Source: Candidatus Edwardsbacteria bacterium | Lineage (GTDB): Bacteria; Edwardsbacteria; AC1; EtOH8 | Assembly: GCA_020053305.1 (NCBI GenBank) | Contig: JAGVNJ010000009.1 | Span: 10,426-74,425, forward strand | Reading direction: 5' to 3' | Length of the DNA: 64,000 bases | In this document: one piece after another, positions 16,422 through 26,077 of the stretch | How positions within the stretch are numbered: the stretch's first letter is position 1 | Layout of the letters: each line of letters starts with the position of its first letter | Notes under the pieces: generated by a model | Told to the model about the DNA's origin: nothing | The model's input: the letters and a program-made list of their open reading frames with translations, nothing else | The model's database searches: none | Position numbers and translations under genes: made by a program

Positions 16422-19085
16422 TTACCCTACAATATTCACCAGCTTCTTGGGCACCACCACTACTTTCTTTATATTCAGATCCACCAAATACTTTTTCACC
16501 TGTTCGCTGTTCAAGGCGATCTTCTTAAGCTCCTCGTCGCTGATATCGGCCGGGACAGTTATCCTGTCCCGTAGCTTGCCATTTATCTGGACCACCAAGG
16601 TGATCTCGTCATTGGCGGCTATCAGGAGATCGGATTTGGGCCATTGAGCCTTATAGGTGGTCCCTTTATGCCCCAGCATCTGCCACAGCTCCTCGGACAT
16701 ATGCGGGGTGAAGGGCGCCATCAGCAGGGTCAGGGTCTCTATTATCTCCGAAACCAGGCAGGGATAATCGGCTGCCGGCACATCATCCTTGACGGGAAAG
16801 GCCTCCTGGACCTCGTTGGTGAGCTCCATCAGCGCCGCCACCGAAGTGTTGAACTGGAAGCGTTCCATGTCGTCGGTGACCTTCTTGATGGTCTGGTGCA
16901 GTTTCCGCCTGACCGATCTGACTGCTAAGTGGTCTTCCTGTTCGATCTCAGCTGCCCAGTCAGCCTTATAGACCGGCTGATAGGTGGTTATCCAGCGCCA
17001 CACCCGGTTGACAAACCGGAAAGAGCCGTTGATCCCCTCCTCGGTCCACTGGATATCGTCCTCGAACGGCGCCATGAACATCTCGTAGACCCTCAAACTG
17101 TCGGCCCCGTATTTCTGGGCGATCTCGTCCGGGGTCACCACATTGCCCTTGGACTTGGACATTCTGGCCCAGCGCCATACGATCTGGTCTTCGGGAAAGG
17201 CCTCCCTCTCCTCGGGCTTCAAAACTATCCAATCGACCAGACGGGCCTCACCGCCATCGCTCTCCGCATTCTCATTGGCCCGGGGCTTGCGCCCCGGGGT
17301 GTAGGCCAGAAGCGATCCCTGGTTATGGAGGGTCAAAAAGGGCTCGGTGAAATTCAGGTATCCCTCATCAAACAGGACCTTGGTCCAGAATCGGGAATAC
17401 AACAGGTGCGACCTGATGTGTTCGGCCCCTCCGGCGTAGATATCCACCGGCAGCCAATAGCCCAGCTTCTGATGGTCGGCAAATATATCGTTATTATGCG
17501 GGTCGGCGAACCTCAGGAAATACCAGGAGGAACAGGCGTAGCCGCCCATGGTGTCGGTCTCCCGTTTGGCCGGGCCGCCGCATTTCGGGCAGTTGGTATT
17601 TACGAACTCCGGGATATTGGCCAGGGGCGATTCTCCGGTGCCCGACGGATGGTAATTATCCACGTTAGGAAGCAGCACCGGGAGCTGGTCTTCGGGAACC
17701 GGCACGATCCCGCACTTGGGGCAGTGGATCATTGGTATGGGCGCTCCCCAGTACCGCTGGCGGCTGATCAGCCAGTCCCGCAGACGGTAGTTGACCTTGC
17801 CCCGCCCTTTTTGGTTCTGCTCCAGCCATTTTATGAATTTGGAGATGGTCTCTTTTGAATTGGGCAGGCCGTCGAACTGCCCGGAATTTATCATAGACCC
17901 GCCGTCGGGGATGGCCTGGGTCATCTCCTCGGGGCCGGCCGGCCCTCCCTCCGACCGGAACACCATCCGAATGGGAATATTAAACTTGCGGGCGAACTCG
18001 AAATCCCGCTGGTCGTGGGCCGGGACGGCCATGATGGCCCCGGTGCCGTAGCCCATCATCACGTAGTCGGCGATCCAGATGGGGATCTTCTCGCCGTTGA
18101 CCGGATTTGTGGCATAACTGCCGGTGAAGACGCCGGTCTTGGTGCGCTCGGTGTTCAGCCGTTCGATCTCGGTCTCACTCTGGGTTTTCTTGATGTAGGC
18201 TTCGACCTCGGCTTTTTTCTCAGGCAGGGTCAGATCTTCCACCAGGTGATGCTCCGGCGCCAGCACCATGAAGGTGGCCCCGAACAGGGTGTCCGGCCGG
18301 GTGGTGAATACCTGAATTCTTGATCCATTCGCTTGTTGGGCAGGGCTGCCTTTCTCAGGACAAGATTCTGAATTTTGAATTTTGAATTCAACTTTTGCTC
18401 CCTCGCTTCGACCTATCCAGTCCCGCTGCATCTCCTTCATGCCCTCGGTCCAATGGAGCTTCTCCAGGTCATCCAGCAGCCGGTCGGCGTAGGCGGTGAT
18501 CTTAAAGAACCACTGGGGCATGGGGCGTTTTTCCACCGGATTGTCGCAGCGCCAGCAGCGGCCCTCCTTGACCTCCTCGTTGGCCAGCCCGGTCTTGCAT
18601 GACGGGCACCAGTTGATGGGCGCGGTGTCGCGGTAGGCCAGGCCCTTTTTATAGAGCAGCAGAAAGATCCACTGGGTCCAGCGGTAATATTCCGGCAGGC
18701 TGGAATCTATCTCCCGGGTCCAATCGTAACTGCATCCGGCCAGCTTGAGGGTCCGCTTGTAATTAGCGGCGTACTCCGGCACCATCTGCCGGGGGTTGCG
18801 TCCCTTCTTGATGGCCTCGTTCTCGGCCGGCTGGCCGAAGGCGTCCCAGCCCATGGGATGCAGCACATTGAATCCGGCCATGCTCTTGTAGCGGCAGAAG
18901 GCGTCCATCGGCACGTAGTTCTTGAGGTGACCCACATGGAGGCCCGACCCCGAGGGATAGGGGAACATCTCCAGGCAGTAGGTCTTGGGCCGGTCCGAAT
19001 CATCGTGGGCCTTGAAGGTCTTCTCCCTTTCCCAGGTCTCCTGCCACCTGGCCTCGATTTCTCTGAAATTATATTCTCTGGTCAT
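16422..19085 (-). CDS. leuS: Leucine--tRNA ligase
   Basis: MFPYPSG, HVGH (HIGH), FTTRPDT, GTGAIMAVPAHD, SRQRYWG and RMSKS (KMSKS variant) motifs. Confidence 0.98.
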   Translation of the reverse strand: MTREYNFREIEARWQETWEREKTFKAHDDSDRPKTYCLEMFPYPSGSGLHVGHLKNYVPMDAFCRYKSMAGFNVLHPMGWDAFGQPAENEAIKKGRNPRQMVPEYAANYKRTLKLAGCSYDWTREIDSSLPEYYRWTQWIFLLLYKKGLAYRDTAPINWCPSCKTGLANEEVKEGRCWRCDNPVEKRPMPQWFFKITAYADRLLDDLEKLHWTEGMKEMQRDWIGRSEGAKVEFKIQNSESCPEKGSPAQQANGSRIQVFTTRPDTLFGATFMVLAPEHHLVEDLTLPEKKAEVEAYIKKTQSETEIERLNTERTKTGVFTGSYATNPVNGEKIPIWIADYVMMGYGTGAIMAVPAHDQRDFEFARKFNIPIRMVFRSEGGPAGPEEMTQAIPDGGSMINSGQFDGLPNSKETISKFIKWLEQNQKGRGKVNYRLRDWLISRQRYWGAPIPMIHCPKCGIVPVPEDQLPVLLPNVDNYHPSGTGESPLANIPEFVNTNCPKCGGPAKRETDTMGGYACSSWYFLRFADPHNNDIFADHQKLGYWLPVDIYAGGAEHIRSHLLYSRFWTKVLFDEGYLNFTEPFLTLHNQGSLLAYTPGRKPRANENAESDGGEARLVDWIVLKPEEREAFPEDQIVWRWARMSKSKGNVVTPDEIAQKYGADSLRVYEMFMAPFEDDIQWTEEGINGSFRFVNRVWRWITTYQPVYKADWAAEIEQEDHLAVRSVRRKLHQTIKKVTDDMERFQFNTSVAALMELTNEVQEAFPVKDDVPAADYPCLVSEIIETLTLLMAPFTPHMSEELWQMLGHKGTTYKAQWPKSDLLIAANDEITLVVQINGKLRDRITVPADISDEELKKIALNSEQVKKYLVDLNIKKVVVVPKKLVNIVG
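18322..18388. repeat. Degenerate element copy plus TGAATTT heptamer tandem, in-frame in leuS
   Basis: GATCCATTCGCTTGTTGGGCAGGGCTGCCTTTCTCAGGAC aligns with the reverse complement of 4223-4266; about three TGAATTT units at 18369-18388; encodes KIQNSESCPEKGSPAQQANGS. Confidence 0.7.
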
Positions 19086-19172
19086 TTCGGTTAAATGATG
19101 CGTTTCGTTTATGTTAAAAGCCTTCAGATCATCAATACATTCTGAAGGCTTTTATAAATTATTAATAGGCCT

Positions 19173-20060
19173 TTATTTTCCGCCCAGCAGGTCGGTGGCG
19201 TTGATCAACTCATTGCCGCATTTCTCGCAGTACCAGTTGTCGGCCCGGTTGAAGGCTCCGCACTTGGGGCATTTTAGCTCTCCCTCATGGGACTCCGCGA
19301 CGGCGGCATCCTCAACTTTGGGCTCGAACGAAATATCTTCCTCTATCTGGATTGATTCGGGTATCGGGACTATGGGTTCGGCCGCCGGTTGCTCCTGGCC
19401 GAAATTAGAACCCAATATGCTGGCGAATTGCTTCTCCAGATCGTCCAATTCACTGCGCTGAACTTCCGGAGTGGGTTGAACCGCCGGCTTCGGAGCAGGT
19501 GGAGGTGTTGGGGTTGGTACCGGCGCTGGAGCCGGTGGTGGCGGCGCGGGTACCGGTTTGGAAGCAACAGCCTGGGGCGGCTTCGGCGTTGCCGGCGGCG
19601 GGGATGCCACTGGGGCAATTGGTTCAGCAGGCTTCCCGCCGATCAGCGCCTGGTAGTTATCTATCTTTTCCGTCAGTTCCTGGAGTTTGGTTACAATGGC
19701 CTCATTCTCACTATTGTGGGCTTCCGATTTCTGGGCATAGTCGGCATCCTCCACCTCACCGATGGCGGCCCTCAATTCCAGCTCCTCCATCTCGGTGCGG
19801 ATCTCCTTCTCCCGGGCCAGCAATCCGGCCTGCTCGGCCAAAGCGGAATCCAGCGCCTCCTGCATTCCGGCGCCCTTCTCCTCCAGCAGAACCTGCAGTT
19901 CCAGCAGCTTGGCCTCGTACTCCCCGCGCACCTTCTGGAAGATCTCCGGCTTGGTAGCGGCCTTCTTTTCGTCCAGCAGCCGAATCCGCTTGTTGAAGAC
20001 CTCAGTCAGGCGTTGAAGTTCCTCGATCGACTCGTTGCCAGTGATGTTCTCTACAGCCAT
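19173..20060 (-). CDS. Coiled-coil, Pro-rich linker and C-terminal zinc-ribbon protein
   Basis: Heptad-rich N-terminal half, PAPPPPAP linker, CPKC...CEKC. Confidence 0.8.
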   Translation of the reverse strand: MAVENITGNESIEELQRLTEVFNKRIRLLDEKKAATKPEIFQKVRGEYEAKLLELQVLLEEKGAGMQEALDSALAEQAGLLAREKEIRTEMEELELRAAIGEVEDADYAQKSEAHNSENEAIVTKLQELTEKIDNYQALIGGKPAEPIAPVASPPPATPKPPQAVASKPVPAPPPPAPAPVPTPTPPPAPKPAVQPTPEVQRSELDDLEKQFASILGSNFGQEQPAAEPIVPIPESIQIEEDISFEPKVEDAAVAESHEGELKCPKCGAFNRADNWYCEKCGNELINATDLLGGK

Positions 20061-20076
20061 TATTATTTCCTTAAGT

Positions 20077-21072
20077 TTAGGAAGATAATTTATAGATCAG
20101 TTTTTGCACCAGTGTTCGGGGCTCTCCCCGTCCGGATTTCAGGGCATATTCGGTCCGGTAAATCTGGTCCATGGCCCACAGATACTGCTGCGGGGTCCTG
20201 TTCCGCGAGGCGGGGATCATCTGGTTCACGTAATATTCATGGCTCTGGATGCTGTATCCGATCTGCCGGGGGGATACGCCGCGGGCGGTCAGGAGGAATA
20301 CCTTCCAGTATTTTTCCAGCTGGTAATAAATGGCGCTCACCAGCCTGACCGGATCCTCCCCGGAGGACAGCAGTTTTTCATAAAGTGCCAGGGATCTGTC
20401 CCGTTCCCCGGTGCAGATGGCGCCGGCCAGTTCGTAGCTCTCTACTTCGAAAGACGACCCGGCCAGTGACTTTATGTCGGTTTCGGTTATTTCGGACCGG
20501 TTTTGGCCGAAGGTATATATCTCGAACTTCTCTATTTCCCTGTCCAGTATGCCCAGATTATTACCGGATATTTCAACCAGCATCTGGGCTCCGGCCGGGG
20601 CGATTTTTAATCCCCGGGCGGAGGCTTTGGTCATCACCCATTTTACGGTCTCGGTCTCCTTCAGCTGGTTGAAGACCAGGGTGGGTATCTTCTCGGCCAA
20701 CCCCTTGTAAAAGGCTGTCTTCTTGTCCAGATTGACTGAGCACAAAATCAAACAGACATCCCGGCTGGGATAATCCAGATGTTCCAAAATCAGCTTCCGG
20801 CTCTTGACCGAGAGGGCTTCAATCTCCTTGACCACTATGACGCGCTGCTCGGCAAACATTCCCAGGCTCTGGGTGCGCTGAATGATGTTGATCCCGTCCT
20901 GCTCGGTGGCCGAGATGCGCTCCAATCCCTGCGAAACCTGGGATTCCCCAAGGAAAGCCAGGGCCAACCGGCCTATGGCCTGATCTTTAAGATACTCCTC
21001 TTCCCCTGGGAAAAAATACGCCCCAGCTATCTTTTTTGCCGCGATCTGACGTTCTAAGTCGTTAAATGTCAT
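20077..21072 (-). CDS. holA: DNA polymerase III delta subunit
   Basis: YFFPGEEEYL, GMFAEQRVIVV and EIEKF motifs; 331 aa. Confidence 0.9.
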   Translation of the reverse strand: MTFNDLERQIAAKKIAGAYFFPGEEEYLKDQAIGRLALAFLGESQVSQGLERISATEQDGINIIQRTQSLGMFAEQRVIVVKEIEALSVKSRKLILEHLDYPSRDVCLILCSVNLDKKTAFYKGLAEKIPTLVFNQLKETETVKWVMTKASARGLKIAPAGAQMLVEISGNNLGILDREIEKFEIYTFGQNRSEITETDIKSLAGSSFEVESYELAGAICTGERDRSLALYEKLLSSGEDPVRLVSAIYYQLEKYWKVFLLTARGVSPRQIGYSIQSHEYYVNQMIPASRNRTPQQYLWAMDQIYRTEYALKSGRGEPRTLVQKLIYKLSS

Positions 21073-21083
21073 CTTAACTGTAT

Positions 21084-21112
21084 AGTTTACTAACTAAATA
21101 AGGATTTGTCAA
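21084..21112 (-). promoter_or_regulatory. Promoter of holA (very short leader)
   Basis: TTGACA-17 bp-TAAACT, ending 11 nt before the ATG. Confidence 0.65.
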
Positions 21113-21143
21113 CAAAATTCTTAAAACGAAATATTTGGCTAAA

Positions 21144-21177
21144 ATAAAGCCGGGCCTGTTAAATGGCCCGGCTTTAT
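21144..21177 (-). terminator. Terminator after the secreted Ig protein
   Basis: ATAAAGCCGGGCC...GGCCCGGCTTTAT stem; T-rich on the minus side. Confidence 0.8.
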
Positions 21178-21187
21178 AAGGCGAGGT

Positions 21188-23812
21188 TTAACGGAGAATT
21201 GTCATCCTTTTGGTCAATGTTTTGTCCATGGTCCTGAGCTGGTAGATGTAGACGCCCGACGCCAGTTTGGCCCCGTTGCGATCGGTTCCGTTCCATTTGA
21301 TCGTATGGTATCCGGCATCCAGTTTGCCATCGGCCAAAGTGTTGACTTTCTGGCCCAGCACGTTGAACACCTCCAGGCTAACCTGGGCTGATGCCGGCAG
21401 GCTGAACCTGATGGTGGTCCCGGTTGTCAGGGGGTTGGGGGCGGCGGGATTTAACTGCAGAAGGTAGCCTTTGTTTTCAGGCTTTCCCTCCACCCCGCTG
21501 GGAATACTGGTAAAGCTGACCACGGTATCCGGCAGGAAGGCCAAGCTGTTGCCGGCCAGGTCGATACCCGAGGTGATTATAACGGACATAATCGTGCTGT
21601 AGGGGTATGGATTCTGCGGAACCAGTGTAAAGGTATCACCGGCTGCATTCCAGCTGACAGTGAAGTCATGAACAGGATCGGTATACCCGTCAAGCGAATC
21701 AGTGTTCATTGGTTCGGAAAAGGCGATGACGATAGTATCGTTGAGCCCAACGTCAATCGCACCCCAGGCCGGGGAGATGCCTGTGATGTACGGAGCGATG
21801 GCGTCACCTACTGTGGTAGTGAACATTATACTATCCGGCAACACTAGCAATGGGTTTCCGGCCAGATCCGTCAAAGAAGTAAGCCTGATGACATATGAGG
21901 TGTTTGCCGTCATCGGATCATGGATCAGGAATAATGTATCCATTGTCGCGTTCCAGGCCGGCTCTTCGTTGGGGCTGGGTGTCATGCTGCCAGCCAGGGA
22001 TAAAGTATCCATCGGCTCGGAGAAGGCAATGTAGATTGCTGCATCCAAGGCCACCTCCGTGGCGCCGTTGGCCGGCGAGGTGGAAACAATATATGGAGCG
22101 GTAATGTCACCGGCACTATATATGGCATCCTGGTCCTTGCCCATGGTGAATTCCGAAAAGTCGGTAACGTTGGCTATCTCTATGACGCCGCCGTCGGCGA
22201 TGCCCCAGGGAGTCCGCACCGAAATTTCCGGAAACGTCCAGGCACTGCCCCCGTATTTCCCGACCACCATGGTCCCCTCGTCGGTGGCCTCGGTGAACCC
22301 GGTATTGAAATCGCCCGGCAGGTAGGCGAATTCGATTCTACAGGAATCGAAGGCTGCCGGCATGGTGGGGTGCTGGCCGATCACCCAGGTCCGCTGCATG
22401 GTGTTTTCGGGAATGCTCACATCCGGGTGGGTTGTTTGGGCGGCGAGAGCGCCTACCCCACCGGCCGTGGTCACGTTCAGGAAATTGATGGTGGCCGGGG
22501 AGTATCCGTTGGCGGATCCGACGTGATAGATCAGGCTGGGATTTCCCGTGGGAACATAGATACCCAGCATTCCGTCGACATAACCGGTGGTCCTGCCGGG
22601 CTGGCCGCCGTATGATGCCAGCAAGTAGCTTCCCGCAGTGACAATGCCGTCTCCAAATATTACCGAACCAAAACAGTTCAGGTCCCCGTCCAGGATGACC
22701 CCGGTCGAATTATTGAAGGTGACGTCGTTTACCGAAGAATCCGCCGACGGGATCTCGTAGCCGGTGGTCAGCGCCAAACCGGCCGGATTGGGGCCGTATT
22801 CTAGATTCACCCAGCCCTCGAACACAGGGGCGGTTGTCAGGGCGCCGGTATAGCGGCGGATGTGCCTGCCGTTAGCGATGGTCAGCCCGGATGAGTTATT
22901 GTAGTCCCCCCAACCCACATAGAGGGTTCCGTTGATCCTGACCGGGAATCCAAAAGCTGTGCCGGCTGGGTTATTGGTGTACAGATTGTCGAATTTCATG
23001 GTATCAGTGCTGGTGTAGGTGATGTCTCCGTTAACGATGACCATCTCATCACCGGTGGTGGCCGCGTCGGCGATCAGTGTATCGCCCAATACTAGATTGC
23101 CAGACACCTGAAGCAAAGATGTTACGCCGTTGGCGACAGAAATATTGAAATTACTGCCGGCTGGCATGACCACAGTTCCGTTGATATAAAAACTACCCCC
23201 CACGGCAGAGGAGCCTGTGCTACTAGTACTGAATGAAAAATACGCCGAACCGACGAACGAAAGTGTGTCCCCGTCGTTCACCTGGTAGGTGACATTTGAA
23301 AAGCCGTTGGAGTATAGTGCGGCGCCGGTATAGTGAAGTTCCAGATTTCGGTCGAAAGTTATGGTAATGCCATTCGCACCGGCGCGAAGCCGATCCACCT
23401 GGTAGGTTCCGCTGCCTGTAAACGTGACAGAATTAATGCATTGGAAACCTATGTCATCGGAAGAACCGCCGATAACACCGTCATTCCGGATAGAATCGCC
23501 GTAAACCCATAGGTAGCGGTTGGTGGTGGTGCTATTGCAGTAATACAGGGCGCCTGATTCCACAATCAGGTTCTTACAGGAATCCGGACTGACTGCAAAT
23601 ACTATGGTATGCCCATTGCGGATCAGAACATTATTGGTCGGTCCCGGGGCCCTGAGCGGTGTTGACCAGGTTCCGCCGTCCCATGTCTCCCAAGTGGCAA
23701 GGGTACGCCAGTTACCGCTGGCCACCGATCGGTAGTCACCGATGGTTTGAGCGTTTGCTAAACCGGAAAATAGCAAAACCAATGCCAGCAAAAACAGACT
23801 TGTTTTTTTCAT
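21188..23812 (-). CDS. Secreted protein with a beta-rich passenger, two SbsA-type Ig domains and an FlgD-Ig/T9SS-like C-terminal domain
   Basis: Signal peptide; GDYRS..SGNW; two DxxAPY..P...IxIAFSEPM modules; PNP...VFNVLGQ...WNG...SGVYIY. Confidence 0.85.
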   Translation of the reverse strand: MKKTSLFLLALVLLFSGLANAQTIGDYRSVASGNWRTLATWETWDGGTWSTPLRAPGPTNNVLIRNGHTIVFAVSPDSCKNLIVESGALYYCNSTTTNRYLWVYGDSIRNDGVIGGSSDDIGFQCINSVTFTGSGTYQVDRLRAGANGITITFDRNLELHYTGAALYSNGFSNVTYQVNDGDTLSFVGSAYFSFSTSSTGSSAVGGSFYINGTVVMPAGSNFNISVANGVTSLLQVSGNLVLGDTLIADAATTGDEMVIVNGDITYTSTDTMKFDNLYTNNPAGTAFGFPVRINGTLYVGWGDYNNSSGLTIANGRHIRRYTGALTTAPVFEGWVNLEYGPNPAGLALTTGYEIPSADSSVNDVTFNNSTGVILDGDLNCFGSVIFGDGIVTAGSYLLASYGGQPGRTTGYVDGMLGIYVPTGNPSLIYHVGSANGYSPATINFLNVTTAGGVGALAAQTTHPDVSIPENTMQRTWVIGQHPTMPAAFDSCRIEFAYLPGDFNTGFTEATDEGTMVVGKYGGSAWTFPEISVRTPWGIADGGVIEIANVTDFSEFTMGKDQDAIYSAGDITAPYIVSTSPANGATEVALDAAIYIAFSEPMDTLSLAGSMTPSPNEEPAWNATMDTLFLIHDPMTANTSYVIRLTSLTDLAGNPLLVLPDSIMFTTTVGDAIAPYITGISPAWGAIDVGLNDTIVIAFSEPMNTDSLDGYTDPVHDFTVSWNAAGDTFTLVPQNPYPYSTIMSVIITSGIDLAGNSLAFLPDTVVSFTSIPSGVEGKPENKGYLLQLNPAAPNPLTTGTTIRFSLPASAQVSLEVFNVLGQKVNTLADGKLDAGYHTIKWNGTDRNGAKLASGVYIYQLRTMDKTLTKRMTILR

Positions 23813-23864
23813 GGCTCCTCCATTTATTTGTTAAGGTAAGTGTTATTTAAAGCTACTATCATGT

Positions 23865-23892
23865 ATTTTAACACAATAGAGCAGATTGTCAA
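23865..23892 (-). promoter_or_regulatory. Promoter of the secreted Ig protein
   Basis: TTGACA-16 bp-TAAAAT with extended -10 TG; GGAGGAG RBS. Confidence 0.6.
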
Positions 23893-23930
23893 TCAGATTT
23901 TAATGTTATTTTTGGGGCGTAACCTGGTGT

Positions 23931-25916
23931 CTACTTGATCTCAGTTGAAATGCCCTTCGGCCCTCCGGGCAGAAACATAGACATCCTCCGCAGATTCTCC
24001 AGGGCCACCGGGTTGCCAGGCTCCAGCAGAAGAGCGCGCTTAAATGCATCGCTGGCCTCCTCCACCCGGTTCAGACCGGCATAGGTACCGCCTAGGGCCA
24101 GGTACAAGGCGGCCTTGTTCCGTTCGTACCTCAAGGCCTGGAGGAAATAATCCAAAGCCTGGTCGAACAGCAGGTTCTGGGCCAGATACACCCCCCTCTG
24201 GTACAACATTTGGGGCATCATCCGGTAAAGCATTTTATCCCGAAATGACAGCCCCAGGGTATCCATATTAAGCAATTGCCCGGAGAACATAAAATCATCC
24301 GGCACCCGTTCGATCATGCCCGGGAGCTTAAGCCGGTACAGCAGGCCTTCGGGGATCCGTTGATGATCGGGGGCTATCCCGGCGTAATCACCTATCGGCT
24401 TGTTCTGAGTAAGATACGGAGGGTTGTCGTAATAGTTGGTAAGCAGCAGGGCGTTTATCATGGCGATGAATTCCTGCTGGATGGCGTGATGGTCATAGGG
24501 TTGGCTGTGTTCAAAAGGATACAGTTGGGTTTTAAAGGTCTCTATCCTTTCCCGGCAGGATAGGTATAATTCCGGATAGCGTCTTTCCAGATAATCAAGG
24601 TACCAGCTCCTTCGCAGGAGCTCCTTGTCGATCAATATGACATCCGGGCGGAGACGGTCCTCCTGCATCAAGTAAAGACAGGGCGAGTAGATATCCCAAT
24701 TATCGACCAGGATCACAGCATTGGGAGCCGCCGATTCCAGGACATTGCCGGCGATGGCATAGGCCAGCCGGTTCCGGCTGTTGTCATGGGCCCTGAAATT
24801 CAGCGCCATAGGCAGGATAAAAAGCGCCAGCGCCGCGCCTGCGAAGATGTTCCCCAGCCCTCCCTGCTTTGATCTCAACCACCGGTGGAGCCAACCGAGC
24901 CCAAAGGCCATGAAAATAAAGGAAACTAAAAAAGCCGGCAGAAAATAAGCCTCGATATCCGGTATGCTGTAATTGATGCCGTAAAACACCGTTAAACCGA
25001 AGATTGTCAGCAGGGACCAAAAAAGGGTTTTGCTTTTTTTGAATACGACATATATTCCGGGGAGTATCAGCCACCAAAGATATATACTTGGATTGTTCAG
25101 CCATAGCTTCGCGAAATTCCCGAGGTTAGCCAGCAATTCTCCCAACGATTGATTGAACATCCACACCTGGTATTGCTTACCGCTGACATGCCAAAAGAAC
25201 CTCTCCCAGTTGCTGGGGTTGCCCCAATTTAACAACGGCGCCAGATTTGACCGGATGGGCAGGAATAAATAAATTGACAGACCAAAAATAAAAAATAAAA
25301 TCCCCCCCCATAATATTCTTAACTTTGATCTGTCTGGTTTAATAGCCGTCATCATCAACAATCCGGGGATCAGCCACAGCAGGCTTAGGTGATTGCCCAG
25401 GCCCAGCCCGGTAAGGAAAGACCCCAACATTAAATATCTGCCCTCCCGGGAGTTATGGTATCGGACGGCCAGCCACAACAGGATCATAGCCAGCAGAGCG
25501 GTCAGGGCATAGACCTCCAGAAAAGCCGCCTGCTGCCAGATCACGGGCGAAAAGGCATATACCAGCGATGATGAAAATGCGACCTCTTCCTGAATCTCCA
25601 ATTCCGTTATTATCCGGTACAACCAGCTGGCGGAAAGGGCCATCAACAAAGATGACAGCAGGTTCAGTTTCCAGGCCAGCTCCCCGAAGGGAATAAGGAA
25701 CACCCATAACCTGCCGACCAGGGTATATAATGGATATCCGGTGGGATGGGCTATGCCCAGTGACTGGCAGACCAGCGATAGTTCCCCGGAATCTATCGGG
25801 CCGATGGTGGGGGCCATGGTTTTCAGATAGACCAGAAAGGAGATAAAAAAAACGAGCCCTGGTCCCCAAATCGGGCCGATGCTCGCTGCGATAAGTTTTT
25901 TCACTCTGATGATCAT
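23931..25916 (-). CDS. DUF2723 / TMEM260-like GT-C glycosyltransferase with C-terminal TPRs
   Basis: DSGEL...LGIAHPTGYPLY, EVYAL, NH, YLFLPIRS...NWGNP motifs; multiple TM helices; TPR tail. Confidence 0.85.
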   Translation of the reverse strand: MIIRVKKLIAASIGPIWGPGLVFFISFLVYLKTMAPTIGPIDSGELSLVCQSLGIAHPTGYPLYTLVGRLWVFLIPFGELAWKLNLLSSLLMALSASWLYRIITELEIQEEVAFSSSLVYAFSPVIWQQAAFLEVYALTALLAMILLWLAVRYHNSREGRYLMLGSFLTGLGLGNHLSLLWLIPGLLMMTAIKPDRSKLRILWGGILFFIFGLSIYLFLPIRSNLAPLLNWGNPSNWERFFWHVSGKQYQVWMFNQSLGELLANLGNFAKLWLNNPSIYLWWLILPGIYVVFKKSKTLFWSLLTIFGLTVFYGINYSIPDIEAYFLPAFLVSFIFMAFGLGWLHRWLRSKQGGLGNIFAGAALALFILPMALNFRAHDNSRNRLAYAIAGNVLESAAPNAVILVDNWDIYSPCLYLMQEDRLRPDVILIDKELLRRSWYLDYLERRYPELYLSCRERIETFKTQLYPFEHSQPYDHHAIQQEFIAMINALLLTNYYDNPPYLTQNKPIGDYAGIAPDHQRIPEGLLYRLKLPGMIERVPDDFMFSGQLLNMDTLGLSFRDKMLYRMMPQMLYQRGVYLAQNLLFDQALDYFLQALRYERNKAALYLALGGTYAGLNRVEEASDAFKRALLLEPGNPVALENLRRMSMFLPGGPKGISTEIK

Positions 25917-25952
25917 TGAAAATCGTTAATATTGATGCCTGCCGGTACCAAG

Positions 25953-26029
25953 TGGTGCGCCCGGCCCGATTTGAACGGGCAACCCCCAGCTTCGGAGGCT
26001 GGTGCTCTATCCAGTTGAGCTACGAGCGC
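25953..26029 (-). tRNA. tRNA-Arg (anticodon CCG)
   Basis: GCGCTCGTAGCTCAACTGGATAGAGC ACCAGC CTCCGAA GCTGG...GTTCAAATC...GGGCGCACCA folds as a cloverleaf with encoded CCA. Confidence 0.97.
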
Positions 26030-26077
26030 ATTGCCGACAATTATAACTTTTATCGGGAAAAAAATCAAGCAGATAAA

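Noticed and set aside
25953-26029. tRNA-Arg as a genomic-island attachment site
   Set aside because: No integrase and no duplicated tRNA 3' end noticed in the window
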